DNA of 64,000 bases, taken from Mobula hypostoma (lineage: Eukaryota). Positions within the stretch are counted from its first letter, which is position 1. Each line of letters begins with the position of its first letter. A program made the translations under genes and the position numbers. Positions 37,753 to 50,726 of the stretch are shown here, one piece after another. The stretch covers positions 58,654,001 to 58,718,000 of the forward strand of contig NC_086108.1 in assembly GCF_963921235.1 (NCBI RefSeq), read 5' to 3'. The notes under the pieces were generated by a model. It was not told where the DNA came from, made no database searches, and saw only the letters and a list, made by a program, of their open reading frames with translations.

Positions 37753-39639
37753 TCTAATGATGTGCTGTCATTGGAGAGAATCTAGAGGAGGTTCACGAGG
37801 ATGATTCCAGGAATGAAACGGTTAACATACGAGGAGCATTTGGCAGCTTTAGGCCTGCCTGTACTCAGTGGAATTCAGAAGAATATGGGGGGATCTCATT
37901 GAAACCTACCAAATATTGAAAGGATTAAATATGGTGGATGAGGAGAGGATGTTTCTTATGAGGGTATCCAGAACTAGAGAAACTAGAACAGCCTCAAAAT
38001 TGAGGGGCAACACTTTAGAAGAGATAAGGAGGATTTTTTTTTTAGCCAGAGAGTAGTGAATCTATGGAATGCTCTGCCATAGATTGCAGTGGAGGCCAAG
38101 TCCATGGGTATATTTAAAGTGGGTTCCTGATTGGTCAGGACATTAAAGGATATGGCAAGAAGCAGGTGTATGGGGTTGAATAGGATATGGGATCAGCCAG
38201 GATGGTATGGCGGGGCATACTTTTGGGGCTGAATGGCCTAATTTTGTTCCTATGTCTTAATGTCGTATAATCTAGAATTCTACCTCAGTAGAGATGCTGC
38301 AGAAAGAGACCTTAGTAATAAAACAAAAGGGTAAGTTTTATCAGCTGCAAAAGAAAACATAGAGTGTGACTCAGGAGTTACTCTTTTACATGGTGATTTT
38401 TAATTGCATAATGCCTGGAAACAAGTCATTTGCTAGTGCTATAAAAGGTCATATTGCTGGTGTTCATGATAGTGTAATTCTCACTCTAGTCTATGATTAC
38501 CTCGACGGATGGAGCAAGTTTTGTTGGAATCTGATGATTGCCTTGATTTAGGATGGACACTGGGGTGGGGGGGGGGGTGGGCTTGAACCTAGAACATTAA
38601 GGGCCTTGAACATCAGAGGGTTGGAGGACTTAGTGAGTTAATACCATCTGGATTCTGGATGATAGAAGGGTCAAGGCTTTAAATGTTAGAGGGTTGTGAG
38701 TGAGAGTGGATGACTGGAGAGAGATGATCAGCAAGATGAAGAGGTTGGGGCCTGAAGGACTGAAGGACTTAACTCATAGAAGTCTCAATTCATGAGTATC
38801 CAAACTCATTTTTCTGGGACTGTCCCACAATGATTGCTTCCAGAAAAACTTGTCTAATTCCCCTGAAAAGTTTCAGGAGAAGTAACATGTGGAGAATGAT
38901 GTCATCCTTTGTGTGACCGATACAGAGCTAGTCTCAAAGTTCTAGTACTTCAGAAAATAGAACATTGAATTCCTTGACTGCAGTGAAATGGTCTAGGAAT
39001 AGTCATAACTTGCTTTTTCATTCTGGATAAAGATGACTTTCAATCATTTTCTAATGATTTCATTTCTAAGCTAGCTTCTGTGTTCTGAACTTAGATGGGG
39101 CTTTTGTTGAGTTGTGTGAAGGGCAAAGAACAGAAGCTTCACAGCAGGAGAGGAATGGAGAATTAAAATGATCAACGCAATTTTCCTCAACTGGATCAAA
39201 TGAGGAAATGTGGGAAAGTATAATATTTAGTGTTTTTTTTTGCTCTGTTGTGGAAAATCGCCAGAAATACTATTGCTATTTCTCTTTTAAATTTGGAAAG
39301 ACACTAAATTTAAGAAGTTTAATGGTTCATCAGATAAATATGTCAATTCCTCACATTTCTTTCTTAATTCCTGGTCTCCAGTTGATGTGATTTATTATAT
39401 TTTAGTTGGCCTTGACTTTATCTGGTTCTCCCTTCCTTTCCATTCCTTTTCTGCTGCCTGCTTACATCACATATAATTTCAACAGAAATGACTATTTTCT
39501 AGTTTTCTTAATAAAGCTAAACTTATTCTTTTCTAAAGATGGGAAAAATGCTGGATTTTTAAAATATAAACGAATAACCAGCAAAATTACCATTCCTAAT
39601 GTTGGACCATTTCAAGTTTGAAGACAGGTTGACCTATCT

Positions 39640-40281
39640 GTGTCCCTTAACAACAGGTACTCCTGTTTGAGTACTGTTGGGGGGGACAGCTTACCCGGGG
39701 GAAGCGACAGTGGCCGTGCCTCCGGCACAGAGTCTGGCCCTGTAGCTCAGAAGGGTAGGGCAGGGAAGAGGAGGGCAGTTGTGATAGGGGACTCGATAGT
39801 AAGGGGGTCAGATAGGCGATTCTGTGGACGCAGTCCAGAGACCCGGATGGTAGTTTGCCTCCCTGGTGCCAGGGTCCGGGATATTTCTGATCGTGTCCAA
39901 GATATCCTGAAGTGGGAGGGTGAGGAGCCAGAGGTCGTGGTACATATAGGTACCAATGACATAGGTAGGAAAAGGGATGAGGTCCTGAAAGGAGAATATA
40001 GGGAGCTAGGAAGGGAGTTGAGAAAAAGGACCGCAAAGGTAGTAATCTCGGGATTACTGCCTGTGCCACGCGACAGTGAAAGTAGGAATGCGATGAGGTG
40101 GAGGATAAATGCGTGGCTGAGGGATTGGAGCAGGGGGCAGGGATTCAAGTTTTTGGATCATTGGGACCTCTTTTGGCGCAGGCGTGACCTGTACAAAAAG
40201 GACGGGTTACACTTGAATCCTAGGGGGACCAATATCCTGGCGGGGAGATTAGCGGGGGCTACTGAGGTGACTTTAAACTAG
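39640..40281 (+). CDS. CR1 ORF1p C-terminal part, SGNH/GDSL esterase domain (5'-partial)
   Basis: VIGDSIVRG (block I), PGA, HIGTND (block III), DGLHLN (block V); uninterrupted frame. Confidence 0.9.
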   Translation: MSLNNRYSCLSTVGGDSLPGGSDSGRASGTESGPVAQKGRAGKRRAVVIGDSIVRGSDRRFCGRSPETRMVVCLPGARVRDISDRVQDILKWEGEEPEVVVHIGTNDIGRKRDEVLKGEYRELGRELRKRTAKVVISGLLPVPRDSESRNAMRWRINAWLRDWSRGQGFKFLDHWDLFWRRRDLYKKDGLHLNPRGTNILAGRLAGATEVTLN

Positions 40282-42380
40282 AATGGTTGGGTGGTGGGAA
40301 TCAAATTAAAGAGGCTAGGTGTGTGGAGGTTAGTTCACAACAGAGGGATGGGAACCAGTGCAGAGAGACAGAGGGGTGTAAAGTGAGCATAGAAGCAAAA
40401 AGTACAAAGGAGAAAAGTAAAAGTGGCAGGCCGACTAATCCAGGGCAAGCATTAAAAAGGGCCACTTTTCAACATAATTGTACAAGGGCTAAGAGAGTTG
40501 TAAAAGAGCACCTGAAGGCTTTATGTGTCAATGCAAGGAGCATTCGTAATAAGGTGGATGAATTGAAAGTGCAGATTGTTATTAATGATTATGATATAGT
40601 TGGGATCACAGAGACATGGCTCCAGGGTGACCAGGGATGGGAGCTCAACATTCAGGGATATTCAATATTCAGGAGGGATAGACATGAAGGAAGGGGAGGT
40701 GGGGTGGCGTTGCTGGTTAAAGAAGAGATTAACGCAATAGAAAGGAAGGACATAAACCGGGAAGATGTGGAATCGATATGGGTAGAGCTGCGTAACACTA
40801 AGGGGCAGAAGACGCTGGTGGGAGTTGTGTACAGGCCACCTAACAGTAGTAGTGAGGTCAGAGATGGTATTAAACAGGAAATTAGAAATGTGTGCAATAA
40901 AGGAACAGCAGTTATAATGGGTGACTTCAATCTACATGTAGACTGGGTGAACCAAATTGGTAAAGGTGCTGAGGAAGAGGATTTCTTGGAATGTATGCGG
41001 GATGGTTTTTTGAACCAACATGTCGAGGAACCAACTAGAGAGCAGGCTATTCTGGACTGGGTTTTGAGCAATGAGGAAGGGTTAATTAGCGATCTTGTCG
41101 TGAGAGGCCCCTTGGGTAAGAGTGACCATAATATGGTCGACTTCTTCATTAAGATGGAGAGTGACATAGTTAATTCAGAAGCAAAGGTTCTGAACTTAAA
41201 GAAGGGGAACTTTGAAGGTATGAGACGTGAATTAGCTAAGATAGACTGGCAAATGACACTTAAAGGATTGACAGTGGATATGCAATGGCAAGCATTTATA
41301 GGTTGCATGGATGAACTACAACAATTGTTCATCCCAGTTTGGCAAAAGAATAAATCAAGGAAGGTAGTGCACCCGTGGCTGACAAGAGAAATTAGGGATA
41401 GTATCAATTCCAAAGAAGTAGCATACAAATTAGCCAGAGAAAGTGGCTCACCTGAGGACTGGGAGAAATTCAGAGTTCAGCAGAGGAGGACAAAGGGCTT
41501 AATTAGGAAGGGGAAAAAAGATTATGAGAGAAAACTGGCAGAGAACATAAAAACGGACTGTAAAAGCTTTTATAGATATGTAAAAAGGAAAAGACTGGTA
41601 AAGACAAATGTAGGTCCCCTGCAGACAGAAACAGGTGAATTGATTATGGGGAGCAAGGACATGGCAGACCAATTGAATAATTACTTTGGTTCCGTCTTCA
41701 CTAAGGAGGACACAAATAATCTTCCAGAAATAGTAAGGGACAGAGGGTCCAGTGAGATGGAGGAACTGAGTGAAATACATGTTAGTAGGGAAGTGGTGTT
41801 AGGTAAATTGAAGGGATTGAAGGCAGATAAATCCCCAGGGCCAGATGGTCTGCATCCTAGAGTGCTTAAGGAAGTAGCCCAAGAAATAGTGGATGCATTA
41901 GTGATAATTTTTCAAAACTCGTTAGATTCTGGACTAGTTCCTGAGGATTGGAGGGTGGCTAATGTAACCCCAATTTTTAAAAGAGGAGGGAGAGAGAAAC
42001 CGGGGAATTATAGACCGGTTAGCCTAACGTCGGTGGTGGGGAAACTGCTGGAGTCAGTTATCAAGGATGTGATAACAGCACATTTGGAAAGCGGAGAAAT
42101 GATCGGACAAAGTCAGCATGGATTTGTGAAAGGAAAATCATATCTGACGAATCTCATAGAATTTTTTGAGGATGTAACTAGTAGAGTGGATAGGGGAGAA
42201 CCAGTGGATGTGGTATATTTGGATTTTCAAAAGGCTTTTGACAAGTCCCACATAGGAGATTAGTGTGCAAACTTAAAGCACACGGTATTGGGGGTAAGGT
42301 ATTGGTGTGGGTGGAGAATTGGTTAGCAGACAGGAAGCAAAGAGTGGGAATAAACGGGACCTTTTCAGAATGGCAGGCGG
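40266..42380 (+). pseudogene. CR1 ORF2p (APE endonuclease plus RT N-terminal part), frameshifted near 42245 and truncated
   Basis: NARS, ITETW, YRPP, MGDFN, SDHN, YLDFQKAFDK; 1-nt loss relative to the minus-strand copy. Confidence 0.9.
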
Positions 42381-42644
42381 TGCAGGCTCGAAGGGCCGAA
42401 TGGCCTACTCCTGCACCTATTTTCTATGTTTCTATGTTTCTATACAATCTTCAATTAATTAGCAGATAGAATATTTAAATAACATGGGATCAATCTTAGC
42501 AGTGTGGTTGTCAATATGGTTTTGTATATGCTGCCCGAGTTGTGATTCATCATAAGTATTCAGTCTTCTGAATCTTTAGGATGATCTTATGAATAACGAA
42601 TAAACAAAAAAACCGTGAAATTCAGTTAATGCAGTAATTGATAT

Positions 42645-43042
42645 GAGCTAGGGCTTTACTCTTTGTAGAGAAGGAGGATGAGAGGAGACATGATAGAGGT
42701 GTACAAGATATTAAGAGGAATAGATAGAGTGGATAGCCAGCGCCTCTTCCCCAGGGCACCACTGCTCAATGCAAGAGGACATGGTTTTAAGGTAAGGGGT
42801 GGGAACTTCATGGGGGATATTAGAGGAAGGTTTTTTACTCAGGGAGTGGTTGGTGTGTGGAATGCACTGCCTGAGTCAGTGGTGGAGGCGGATACACTAG
42901 TGAAGTTTAAGAGACTACTAGACAGGTATATGGAGGAAATTAAGGTGGGGGCTTATATTGGGAGGCAGGGTTTGAGGGTCAGCACAACATTGTGGGCCGA
43001 AGGGCCTGTACTGTGCTGTACTATTCTATGTTCTATGTTCTA
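42645..43042 (+). mobile_element. CR1 3' fragment
   Basis: MRGDMIEVYKI..FFTQGVVGVWNALP; (TTCTATG)n tail. Confidence 0.85.
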
Positions 43043-44323
43043 AATCTGTAGATCTGGTTATGAACAAAAATGTATCTTATATACTTATTAATTGAACTGA
43101 ATTATTATTTTTCCAAATAATTATTCTATTAGATTGTGAGTGTGCTTCTCTTGCCTGTTAAATTATCCTTCTTGGAGGGAATACATGCCAAAGATTAACT
43201 CTCTGCTTCTGTATATGTAACAGATCTGAAGAATAACAGGTGCAGTTCTTTCCCTCATTGGTTTGGTGGTTAATTCAGAACAGACTAGCTTTCCTTTTCA
43301 GAATATGACAGATATTTATTGCCAATTGGGGAAAAATTGAGTAACTACAAGAACAAGGTGCCCTGTTTGCCATTCAAGTCTACCATTATATATGGCTTGC
43401 AGGGGGCTTATGGGGAATGGAGAGTTCAATGCCTCTTATCTCTTAAGATACCAGTTTGATTTAGTATTTGTTTATAGAAAGCAAAAATAAGTTGGTATAT
43501 GTGAAAATTATCATGAGTGAAAGGGGGGAAAAGTGAAATAAAACATTCATGAATTACAAAGACATAAATTGATAGATCTTGAGATTGAAGGATCAAAGAG
43601 AAGTGGGGTTGATGTATGAAAATTATGCCGAGCTAAAAGATCTGTTATGATCTAACTGAATGGTGGAAGAAGTAAAAAGCACAAAATGAGCTTCTATTTC
43701 TTGAATGCTTGTATAGGTTAGAACATGTAAAGCTTTCAACTATTATAATTTTTAATCAAGTTCAACAATGGCTTAGTTAATATGTGAAAAATATAGCTTC
43801 ACAGTCAACAACTTTCAGTGAAAGGAATTAGAGACTCAGGCACACTCTATCATTTACAGCTCTTGATTTCTTTTACAGGAGTTGAGATCTGTGCTCCATT
43901 GAAACATGTCAGTGTTCTTTTACACAGTATTTCATTAAGTTCTTTTTAATCTTTATTTCACTGAGACACCCCATTGGGATTTTTTTTTCAAAATCCACAA
44001 CTATTTTTCTGTAATCTAATCACCGTTGGCTGCTTAAAATGGATGTCAGGAGATATGGATATTGGCTCTGGAGAAATATGTTCTGTCTTCATTACTATTT
44101 CAATTACAGTACTGCAAAACATTAGATCCTTTATTCCAACTGGACAAGATATGGATTTCTTTCCTTGATTACAAATTTATGTAAAATTAATCATTTTAGT
44201 TATGTAGTGTGTTTCAGATTTAACTCCGAACATAAACAGCATAATTGTCAAACAAGATATCCACCATTCTCCTCTGATAAAACAGCTAATATGAAATAAA
44301 TCAATGATGAAATCTTGCAATTG

Positions 44324-44745
44324 TACTCACTTACAGCCCATTGCACCTGCTGGTGTTTAGTGCAGCAATGAAAGTCCTCCATTGCTGTCTGTCCTTGGTG
44401 TTCAGGGCTTTCTTCATCATGCCAGTAGCTTCCACTTGGTTTTCACTCCCGTCAGCCATGCAAGTCACAGGTAGAGGCTCAAGAACCCCATTGCATGCAG
44501 ATACAGAAGAATTTTTCATTATTGTTTCTATAACAGTAGTCAGGGTTGTTAGCCCTGAGCTGAACCTCTGAACCTGGAAGATCAGTGGATCACTCTTAGT
44601 CTGGCCTTTACCCTTTGACAAGTTTGCCATGGGTGACCCTACCAAGAACCAAAGCATGAAGCCCTGACTCCAGCCAGCATAGCTCTCGGGATTGTTGAGG
44701 CATGCAAGCCTCCAAACCACAACAAGGTTGTGGTTCTCTTGGAGG
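44324..44745 (-). mobile_element. Non-autonomous RTE-derived element (5' UTR joined to 3' end)
   Basis: C-terminal KDRQQWRTFIAALN resembles RTE ORF ends; 5' part gagagctatgctgg..ggtagggtcacccatggcaaac resembles RTE 5' UTRs. Confidence 0.6.
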
Positions 44746-47139
44746 AACTGTACATACTATCTGAATAATTTTTGTTACATCCTCTGGTTCCACAGATTTG
44801 GACTATTTAGCCCGGTCTACATTTTCTAGTCCCTTCAGAGTACTAAAAAAACTATTATCTCACTTCTTAGTCTTCCCTTTCCCAGTAAGAGTGTAGGAAT
44901 TTGTATAATTGGTCATCATCATCCAGTAACTCGTTGATCATTCTGTTCCACTGTTCCCTAACCTCTCAGTACCTGCAATGTAGAATAGGCAATATTGAAA
45001 GTGTATTCATTGGATATTTCTGCTTAAACTGCTCATTAAATACGTTCCATCATCAAATTTTCTTCACTCATTGACACCCAGCATTGTTCTGTTGTCTCAG
45101 TTTATCACCAATTAGACCCCTAGCTTTCATTTGTCTTCTATACATAGCATTTTCTTGCTAATTTACAACTTTGCCCCAGTGAAGCATTTTACATTTTTCT
45201 ACACCACCTGTCACCCAATTTTCAGGTGCATTCAAATTTCCTGTAATTGACCCAATTCACTTTTGCTGTCTAAAATCAAATACTAACCCAATCCAGTGCC
45301 TGAAGAGTAAAGAAGCAATTAACTTTCCATTCATCCTTAAAGTTTCTGAAAACCTCATAAAATACCAACTAATATAACTAGGAAATACAGAAAAGATCTG
45401 ATTATCCTGTATCAGACTGTTTGAAAATCCTGATGGTTTACAATCTGGTTTACAAGGGTTTGCTTCCAATGATCCCTTTAAACTCATCCAGTTCACTGTA
45501 AAACTGTTCTGTAACATTTAAAAAAGTGAAATGAAAGAACTTAGGATATTAGTAGGAGCAATATCCAATAGTCTAGAATATTTGCCAGCCTGACACTACC
45601 AGTGTCCTGAGGAAGCTGAATTACAGGAGATTTTGGAAAATCCATTGATCAGACATCTGTATATGGAGAGCTAAGATGTTTCATGTCTGTCACCTATCAT
45701 CAGAACTTCAAAATGTTACGAATGCAACAGGCTGTAAGATATCACTTGTGAAAGGAAGTGTGGGGGGGGGGTGCAGGAAAGAGTAGAATGCAAACTTCAT
45801 ATTAAGGTGGAAGCCACAGATCCATTGATAACAGAAGAATAACTGACAGGAGTTGTCATGTTTTGCTTCCTGTTATAAAACAGGCAAGATTGATCCAATA
45901 TGACACTTAATAAAAATATACTTGTACTACTATTGCTGTGAAGATTAGATCAATGCGATAGATAGGAGTTCAATTGCCATTTCCTGTGCATATATAGGTG
46001 TGTGTTTATGCATGTAGGCCTCAATAGACAAATAGTTGTGGCATTACAGAGTGTTCAGTATGATTCAAAACCAATATATTATAGATGCCAGATATCTGAA
46101 ATAAAATCAGGAAGTGATTAAAATCATTTTTCAATTGAGTTGCATCCGTAGAGAAAAATAAGGAGTTGAACTTCAGGTCAAAGACTTTTCACCAGAATTC
46201 AAGCACTTTTCTGGGTTTGAAGTAATATGTAAATCAGGTCAATAGCATCCACTAATAATTCATTCCTTATATATAGCCTTTCTCTTTTCTCACTATACCT
46301 CATATCAACTACCTTCAAAGTAATTTGGGAGACTGCACACAAAGTAACTGCATGAACACAAGTAACATTATGTGACAAAACTGATTTGCTTTGAAGAAAT
46401 CAAGTCAAGAAACTGCTTTCTTGACTTCAGCTAAGTGCTTGCATGAAATCCATGATTATAGTTTTCAATTTTCACCCTTGCCCTGCTTTTAGAACAGTGT
46501 GGAAGGCAATGTCATAGCTCACCTTTGTGCATGTTGTCCGAAATTAGTTCAGTGCTTCTCTATAATTGCAAAGGTATTGATCAGGCCCAAATGTGACCGT
46601 CATTACATGACAGTCACAAACATAAGAGCTTCTGCAGAGACTGGAAATCCTGAGGAACACACACAAAATACTTGAGAACTCAGCAAGTCAGGTAGCATCA
46701 ATGCAGGGTTTAAACAGTTGATGTTTGAAGGGGAGACTTTCATTATGTCCTCAGTAGAGGGGGCAATTAGGGATGGAAATTAATGGGTTGATTTGCCCAC
46801 ATTATATGAAGAAATACAAAAAAAGATAAGCTATCATCATGTCCAATAGTTGTCAAAAAAAGTTTTCTGTCTTAATTCAGATGTATTTATTGGAGCTAAG
46901 GTAGAGCTGCCCCCAGTAACCCTCAGCATCTATTATAGAGTAACGAAATTGGGAGAAATGTACATAATTCACAACCCCTGACACTGAGTTGGGGTTTCAC
47001 TTTAAGGGGCTGGTCTGATATGATTATGTTTTTACAGAAGGATTTTTAGTGCACTTTTGTGTTTAGGTTTTGGGGGTCAATGAAAATGTGCTACTGGCCT
47101 CACTTTGTTTTATTTGCGAACACCTGCATTGGTGACTCC

Positions 47140-50100
47140 TAATGCTCCAGAGTTATTGAACATTACGGCTAACGCAGTCACTTTGAAACTGCCTAAGTTT
47201 TGGGAGCAAAATGCCGTCCCTTGGTTAGTACAAGCTGAAGCCCAATGCGCCCTGCAAGAAATCACTGCTGAAGACACCAAATATTTCTATGTAGTAGTGA
47301 TGCCCAGCAATTTCACAGCTGCTAGAGTGGTGAGTCTACTTGAACACTTGCCTGAACATGATAAATTCCGATCACTGAAAACTCATCTTTTACACACTTT
47401 TGGACTATTGGCGTCTGAGCGTGCCAAACAGCTGTTCTCCTTGCCTGTCCTTGGTGATGCTAATCCATCAGCTAATGGACCACATGCTGTCTCTCCTGGG
47501 AAATCACCATCCTTGTTTTATTTTTAAAGATCTCTTCATGCAGGGAATGCCTGATCAAGTTTATATAGCCCTCACTAATGCACCTGTGAAGGACTACTGG
47601 GAGCTTGCTAAAATGGCTGATAGTCTACACTCATCTGGGCAGTGGTGCATCATTCCTCCTCCTTTCTCTACCTCAATAAGCCTGGTCAGCAAGGCCCCAA
47701 CACAAGGATGCCCGCACCTGTGAAACAGACGATGCCAGACCTGTGTTTTTACCGTGCTCGCTTTGGCACGAATGTTAGGAAGTGCCAATCGCCTTGCAGC
47801 TTCAATAGTGCCAGTGCATCAAGACATCAGAGGTCTGTGAACACCATGGGTTCCAGCTGCCAGAGATGTCTACTGTTCATTACGGACACCCTTTCAGGGT
47901 GATGCTTCCTGTGTGGTGCTCAAATGAGTGTGCTGCCAGCATTGCCTACAGATGAGAAGGCAAAGAGTGACAAGACCTTGCTGGAGGCCACCAAAAGCAG
48001 CAGGATCCAAACTTATGGGACACAACAGGTGAAGCTCTGCTTCCGTGGGCGGCATTGCACATGGGACTTCATCCTGGCTAGAGTGGCTGGACCTCTGTTC
48101 AGTGCAGGTGCCCTGTGTGCCCAAGGACTGTTCGTCTATGTTAAGAACTGCTGGCTTGTGGATATCAAGGACTTTGGGCCGTTACCCTACTTCCCCAGTA
48201 AGTTTCCCGCAATGACTCTGTCAAGCTCTTGCATGACTGCATGTGAGTTTACTCGACTGCTAGTTGAATTGCCAGCCCTCACCAAGCCCACGTTCATGAT
48301 CACAGTGACAAAACATGAGGTTGAGCACCACATTCCCATAACTGGCCTGATGGCCCGTGCCCGCATGCGTAGACTGGACCCAGAAAAGCAGGCAACCGCG
48401 AAGGCTGAGTTTGCCAACATGGAAAGGCTTGGCGTTGTACGCCAGTCGAATCGCCCCTGGGTGTCACCCCTCCATGTGGTCCCCAAGTCCGATGGTGGTC
48501 GCTGCCTATGTGATGATTACAGACTCCTTTACGAAGCCACCACCCTGATCATTACCTAGTCCCATACATCCAAGATATTTTGGCATGTTTAGCTGGAAAG
48601 TTAATTTTTTCCAAAGTTGATTTCGTTAGGGGGCTACAATCAGGTATCAGTATGCTCGAAGAACATTCCCAAAACAGCTGTGATAACCCTTTTAGCCTTT
48701 GAGTTTTTGCACATATCGTTTGGACTGAAAAATGCAGCACAGACTTTTCAATGGCTGATGGACTCTGTATTAAAAGATTTAGATGTTCTTTTTGTTTACC
48801 TGGATGATATACTTGTCGCCAGTGCATCCGAATCCGAACACTTATCTCATCTCCGCACACTTTGAGCACTTGAGCCCACACGGGTTGATTATTAACCCTG
48901 CTAAATGTTAGTCTGGGTTGTCAACCCTTAACTTTCTTGGCCATTACATCTCAGCAGAAGGTGCAAAACCCTTCCCATCATAAGTGGCCGCTATTATGGA
49001 TTTCCCACCGCCCTGCACTACTAAGAAACGACAGGAGCGTTTAGGTATGGTGAATCTCTATCACCGCTTCATTCCACAAGCTGCCGAACTTATGCTCTCA
49101 CTGTATAGTGCACTTGAAGGCAATAATCAAGTGCTTGACTGGTCAGCGGACATGACCAGGGCATTCGATTATACCAAATGAGCTCTTTCTAATGCGACCC
49201 TACTGGCGTACCTGCTCCCCAATGCACCCACAGCCTTTACTCCTGATGGCTCAGACTATGCTCTCAGTGCTGTGCAAAATAGCTAGTTGGAGGCGTGTGG
49301 CAACCTCTCACCTTCTTCAGCCAGTAGCTCCGTCCCCCCCAAAAGGAAGTACAGCACGTTCGACTGTGAGCTTCTTGGTCTCTATCTGGCTGTCCACCAT
49401 TTTTGTTTTCTCCTCGGGGGTCGCCATTTCACACCTTTCATTGACCACAAACCCCTCGTACAGATGATGTCCAAAATATCACACCTTTGGTCTGCATGGC
49501 AGCAGCGTCACCTGGCCTACATATCTGAATTCTCAACAGATATACAACATACCAAGGGGAAAAATAACATGATGACTAATTGCCTCTCACAGCCAGCTGT
49601 TGAGACCATACACATAGCAGTTAACTTTGCTGGCATGGCATCCGGCCAAGCTACTGACTCAGAGGTCCAGGCGTACTGAACAGCAGTTTGTTGACATAAA
49701 GTTTGGGGAAGCTGGGGTTTCTGTCCTGTATGAAGTCTCAAATGGTCACCCTTGCCCCATCGTGCCTGCAAAATTGAGAACTATTATTTTTGATTCCATA
49801 CATGGCCTCTTGCATCCAGACCAGAAGGTCTCACAGAAAGTGGTTGCACTAAAGTTTGTTTGGCATGGCCTCACAAAGGGCGTGCATGATTGGACTGCAG
49901 CTTGTGTGGCGTGCCAGTGGACAAAAATCAATTGTGATGTTCAGGTGCCACTGGGACCTTGTTGATCCTCTTACCCCTTCCTGTGGTTTCATGCACCTTC
50001 TTACCGTGGTGGATCGTACCACCAGGTGGCCAAAAGTCATCCCTCCAGCATCAACGACAGCCACAGACATGGCTTGGGCAGCTGGGTCGCTCATTGGCAC

Positions 50101-50700
50101 CCAATCTGATATTTCCTCTGACCACAGTCCCCAATTCATTTCAGACCTCTGAGATGTGATGGCACAGAAAGTCGGCATTAAGCTACAGCACACCATGGTG
50201 TATCACCTGCAATCCAATGGCCTATGTGAAAGGTTCCACCATTCCTTAAAGGCTGCTCTGAGGGCTTCCCTGACCAATGAGTGTTGGCATGATTGTCTCC
50301 CATGGGTCCTGCTGGGGCCCAGAACTGCTCCAAAAGAGGACCTGCAGTCGTCTGCAGCTGAGTTGGTATACGGGCAGCTGTTATGAATGCCAGGTGATTT
50401 CATGCCATGACGGCCTTGTCGGCCTCTCAACAGTATTTCACCCTCCTCAGTGAACTCTATCCCTCTTCACCTGTTCCTGCCTTCCAATATGGCGTACATC
50501 ACTCTTGGGTTCCTGTTAACTAAAATTCCGCCTCGTTCATTTTTGTCCACCATGATGCATACCGTCATCCCCTTAGGCCCCCTTATGATGGCCCGTTCCA
50601 TGTTTTGGAACAGGGAGACAAGACTTTCATCATAAATGAGAGAGGTAAATCTGAACGTATTTCAGTAGACCGCCTTAAACCGGCCTCCAGACTTGGAGAA
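47140..50700 (+). pseudogene. Gypsy gag-pol (gag, protease, RT, RNase H, integrase) with stops and frameshifts
   Basis: LKLPKFW; CFYRARFGTNVRKCQSPC; GAQMSVLP; WVSPLHVVPK; FGLKNAAQTFQ; VYLDDILVAS; DHKPL; VDRTTRWP; SNGLCERFH. Confidence 0.9.
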
Positions 50701-50726
50701 TTCAACTGCTATGCCCCTGGCATCAC

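Larger units (their letters stand above)
31857..38270 (+). mobile_element. CR1 LINE, host of nested insertions at 32818-36985 and 37123-37752
   Basis: KSPGPDG, YMDFQKAFDKV, SGVPQG; resumes at 36986 with KANAILA. Confidence 0.85.
39638..42441 (+). mobile_element. Young CR1 LINE, 5'-truncated in ORF1, with about 1 kb deleted before the 3' tail
   Basis: ORF1 then ORF2; jumps from the RT region to the 3' UTR at GGCGGTG (about 42376-42382); (TTTCTATG)n tail. Confidence 0.95.

Noticed and set aside
40652..41428. 258-aa antisense ORF, also at 56567-57343
   Set aside because: Shadow of CR1 ORF2; shared only because the two copies are near-identical
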